NCBI GenBank assembly: GCA_964619805.1
Contig: CAZUFJ010000018.1
Location: 1-32,209 of the forward strand
Direction of reading: 5' to 3'
DNA length: 32,209 nt
Source of the DNA: an uncultured Candidatus Peribacteria bacterium
GTDB lineage: Bacteria > Patescibacteriota > Gracilibacteria > Peribacterales > Peribacteraceae
Shown: in pieces, positions 31,034 through 32,209 of the stretch
How positions within the stretch are numbered: position 1 is the first letter of the stretch
Layout: each line of letters begins with the position of its first letter
The notes under the pieces: generated by a model
Told to the model about the DNA's origin: nothing
Databases searched by the model: none
Seen by the model: the letters and a program-made list of their open reading frames with translations, nothing else
Program-made: the position numbers and the translations under genes

Positions 31034-31822
31034 TTGCTCGGGACATTGCTCCGGGGAAGCATGAGCTACCATGCCCTCATGCACGCCTCCGGAATCCGTA
31101 AGCGCAATATCTTCGACCCAGCATCGAAAGATCCCTATAAACTCAGTCGCTCGAAGATCGAGCTTTTTCTCGAATGTGCGCGCTGTTTTTATCTGGATCG
31201 GAGGCTCGGCATCGGTCGCCCATCGGGTCCTCCTTTCACACTCAATCTCGCCGTCGATGCACTCCTCAAAAAAGAATTCGACATGCATCGCAAGAACGGC
31301 GAGCCGCATCCCCTCATGCGTTCCTATGGCGTCGATGCCGTACCGTTCGCGCATCCCGATCTTCCGACCTGGCGCGAGAATTTTCAGGGAATGCAATCAC
31401 TGCATGTCGAAACGAACTTCCTCGTGACCGGCGCTCCCGATGACATCTGGCAGGGGAGTGACGGCAAGCTGATCGTGGTGGATTACAAAGCGACGAGCAC
31501 CGAACACCCGATTTCGATGGAGGATCCGTGGCGCCAGGGTTACAAGCGCCAGATGGAAATGTATCAATGGCTTCTTCGGCGTCTCGGCTTTGAAGTGTCG
31601 GATACGGGGTACTTCGTCTACGTCAACGCAGGCAAAGATCGCGAAGCGTTCGACCGCAGGCTCGAATTTTCCGTCGAGCTTCTGCCGTATACGGGAAATG
31701 ATGCCTGGATAGAGGATGCCCTGCGCGAGGCGCACCTTTGCCTCCTTCGTGAGGTTCCTCCGCCCGCTCATTCTGCATGCGAATGGTGCGCATATCGGGA
31801 AGCAGCAAAGGTCACCGAATAA
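31034..31822 (+). CDS. PD-(D/E)XK nuclease family protein (Cas4/RecB-like with four Cys)
   Basis: N-terminal CARC and C-terminal CEWC give a Cas4-type Fe-S ligand arrangement. GAPDD...IVVDYKAT matches the D..(D/E)xK core. QMEMYQWLL matches the QhxxY motif. The start may be ATG 31061. Confidence 0.72.
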   Translation: MLGTLLRGSMSYHALMHASGIRKRNIFDPASKDPYKLSRSKIELFLECARCFYLDRRLGIGRPSGPPFTLNLAVDALLKKEFDMHRKNGEPHPLMRSYGVDAVPFAHPDLPTWRENFQGMQSLHVETNFLVTGAPDDIWQGSDGKLIVVDYKATSTEHPISMEDPWRQGYKRQMEMYQWLLRRLGFEVSDTGYFVYVNAGKDREAFDRRLEFSVELLPYTGNDAWIEDALREAHLCLLREVPPPAHSACEWCAYREAAKVTE

Positions 31823-31878
31823 GGAAAACTCTTCCCTGGCGCTTCTCCCTGCGAATTCTTATACTCCCTTCGCCTCGT

Positions 31879-31968
31879 GGAGAGGTGGCCGAGCGGTCGA
31901 AGGCACCACACTGCTAACGTGGCAGGCCCTTAAAAGCCTCGAGGGTTCGAATCCCTCCCTCTCCGCCA
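31879..31968 (+). tRNA. tRNA-Ser (anticodon GCU), CCA encoded
   Basis: GGAGAGG-TG-GCCGAGCGGTCGAAGGC-A-CCACA-CTGCTAA-CGTGG-long variable arm-GAGGG-TTCGAAT-CCCTC-CCTCTCC-G-CCA. Confidence 0.95.
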
Positions 31969-32209
31969 GAATGTTTTGCTCGAAAGCGACCCACAAAGCA
32001 TGGGGAGGGGGCAGAGTCTAGGGTGATCCACTCACCTCCATCCTTATCAAAATGAGATGACAAAAAATAGCGATGAAGAGTCATCAGCGATATTGAGGCC
32101 AATTCCAGGATTCCATTAACGATACGAAGCAATTTATTGCGTACAACCTGGGGATACTGCTGAAATTCAATTCTGAACTTTAACCAGTGTTCAATCATTT
32201 TTTGAATTT

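Noticed and set aside
31914-32198. 94-aa minus-strand ORF at the right edge
   Set aside because: Its last 18 codons or so lie inside tRNA-Ser(GCU), and it has no recognisable motif. I treat it as doubtful and note it only as part of the composition shift.

Overview
The window is about 32 kb, visibly GC-rich (roughly mid-50s % by eye, not computed), densely packed with genes and read with the standard code (TGA, TAG and TAA all terminate clear genes). Many neighbouring genes overlap by ATGA. The gene content suggests a reduced-genome bacterium of the CPR/Patescibacteria type, possibly Peregrinibacteria-like; this is inference only.

Housekeeping genes I recognise:
- CimA-type citramalate/isopropylmalate synthase
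- tsaD, lgt and rnhB
- A short MurE-like Mur ligase and a monofunctional riboflavin kinase
- A pentose-phosphate set (tkt, tal, gnd)
- A LemA-TPM pair followed by a lipoprotein and a PKD-repeat membrane protein
- Two GT4 glycosyltransferases plus a polytopic membrane protein
- An SLH-domain protein, a C39-like lipoprotein and a Cas4/RecB-like PD-(D/E)XK nuclease
- Three tRNAs: Pro-CGG, Ser-UGA and Ser-GCU

The most unusual content is a family of three large paralogous Cys-rich proteins, two of about 570 aa and one cut off by the window edge. Each has homologous zinc-ribbon modules at both termini and two internal Cys-rich repeat blocks. Two copies sit in tandem directly upstream of a soluble VirD4/TraD-like P-loop ATPase. 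That ATPase's conserved C-terminus is cut off by a single in-frame TAG immediately followed by ATG. The third copy lies 3 kb away, directly downstream of tRNA-Pro.

Other signals not explained by the gene calls:
- A 2.5-copy, 93-94 bp tandem repeat that re-duplicates the first 18 nt of tRNA-Pro plus its upstream leader
- A family of GC-rich CCGCAGCCGGGACG stem-loops at four gene 3' ends
- A nine-unit hexamer repeat that reads as an (X-Arg)8 AGG-rich upstream ORF overlapping the riboflavin kinase start, with a shorter relative upstream of the first glycosyltransferase
- A self-contained 39-codon hydrophobic ORF whose SD lies inside a hairpin
- A perfect 36-bp palindrome between convergent genes
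- An rnhB tail that runs antisense through lgt and may reflect a homopolymer indel

All functional calls rest on motif recognition by eye. No database search was run.
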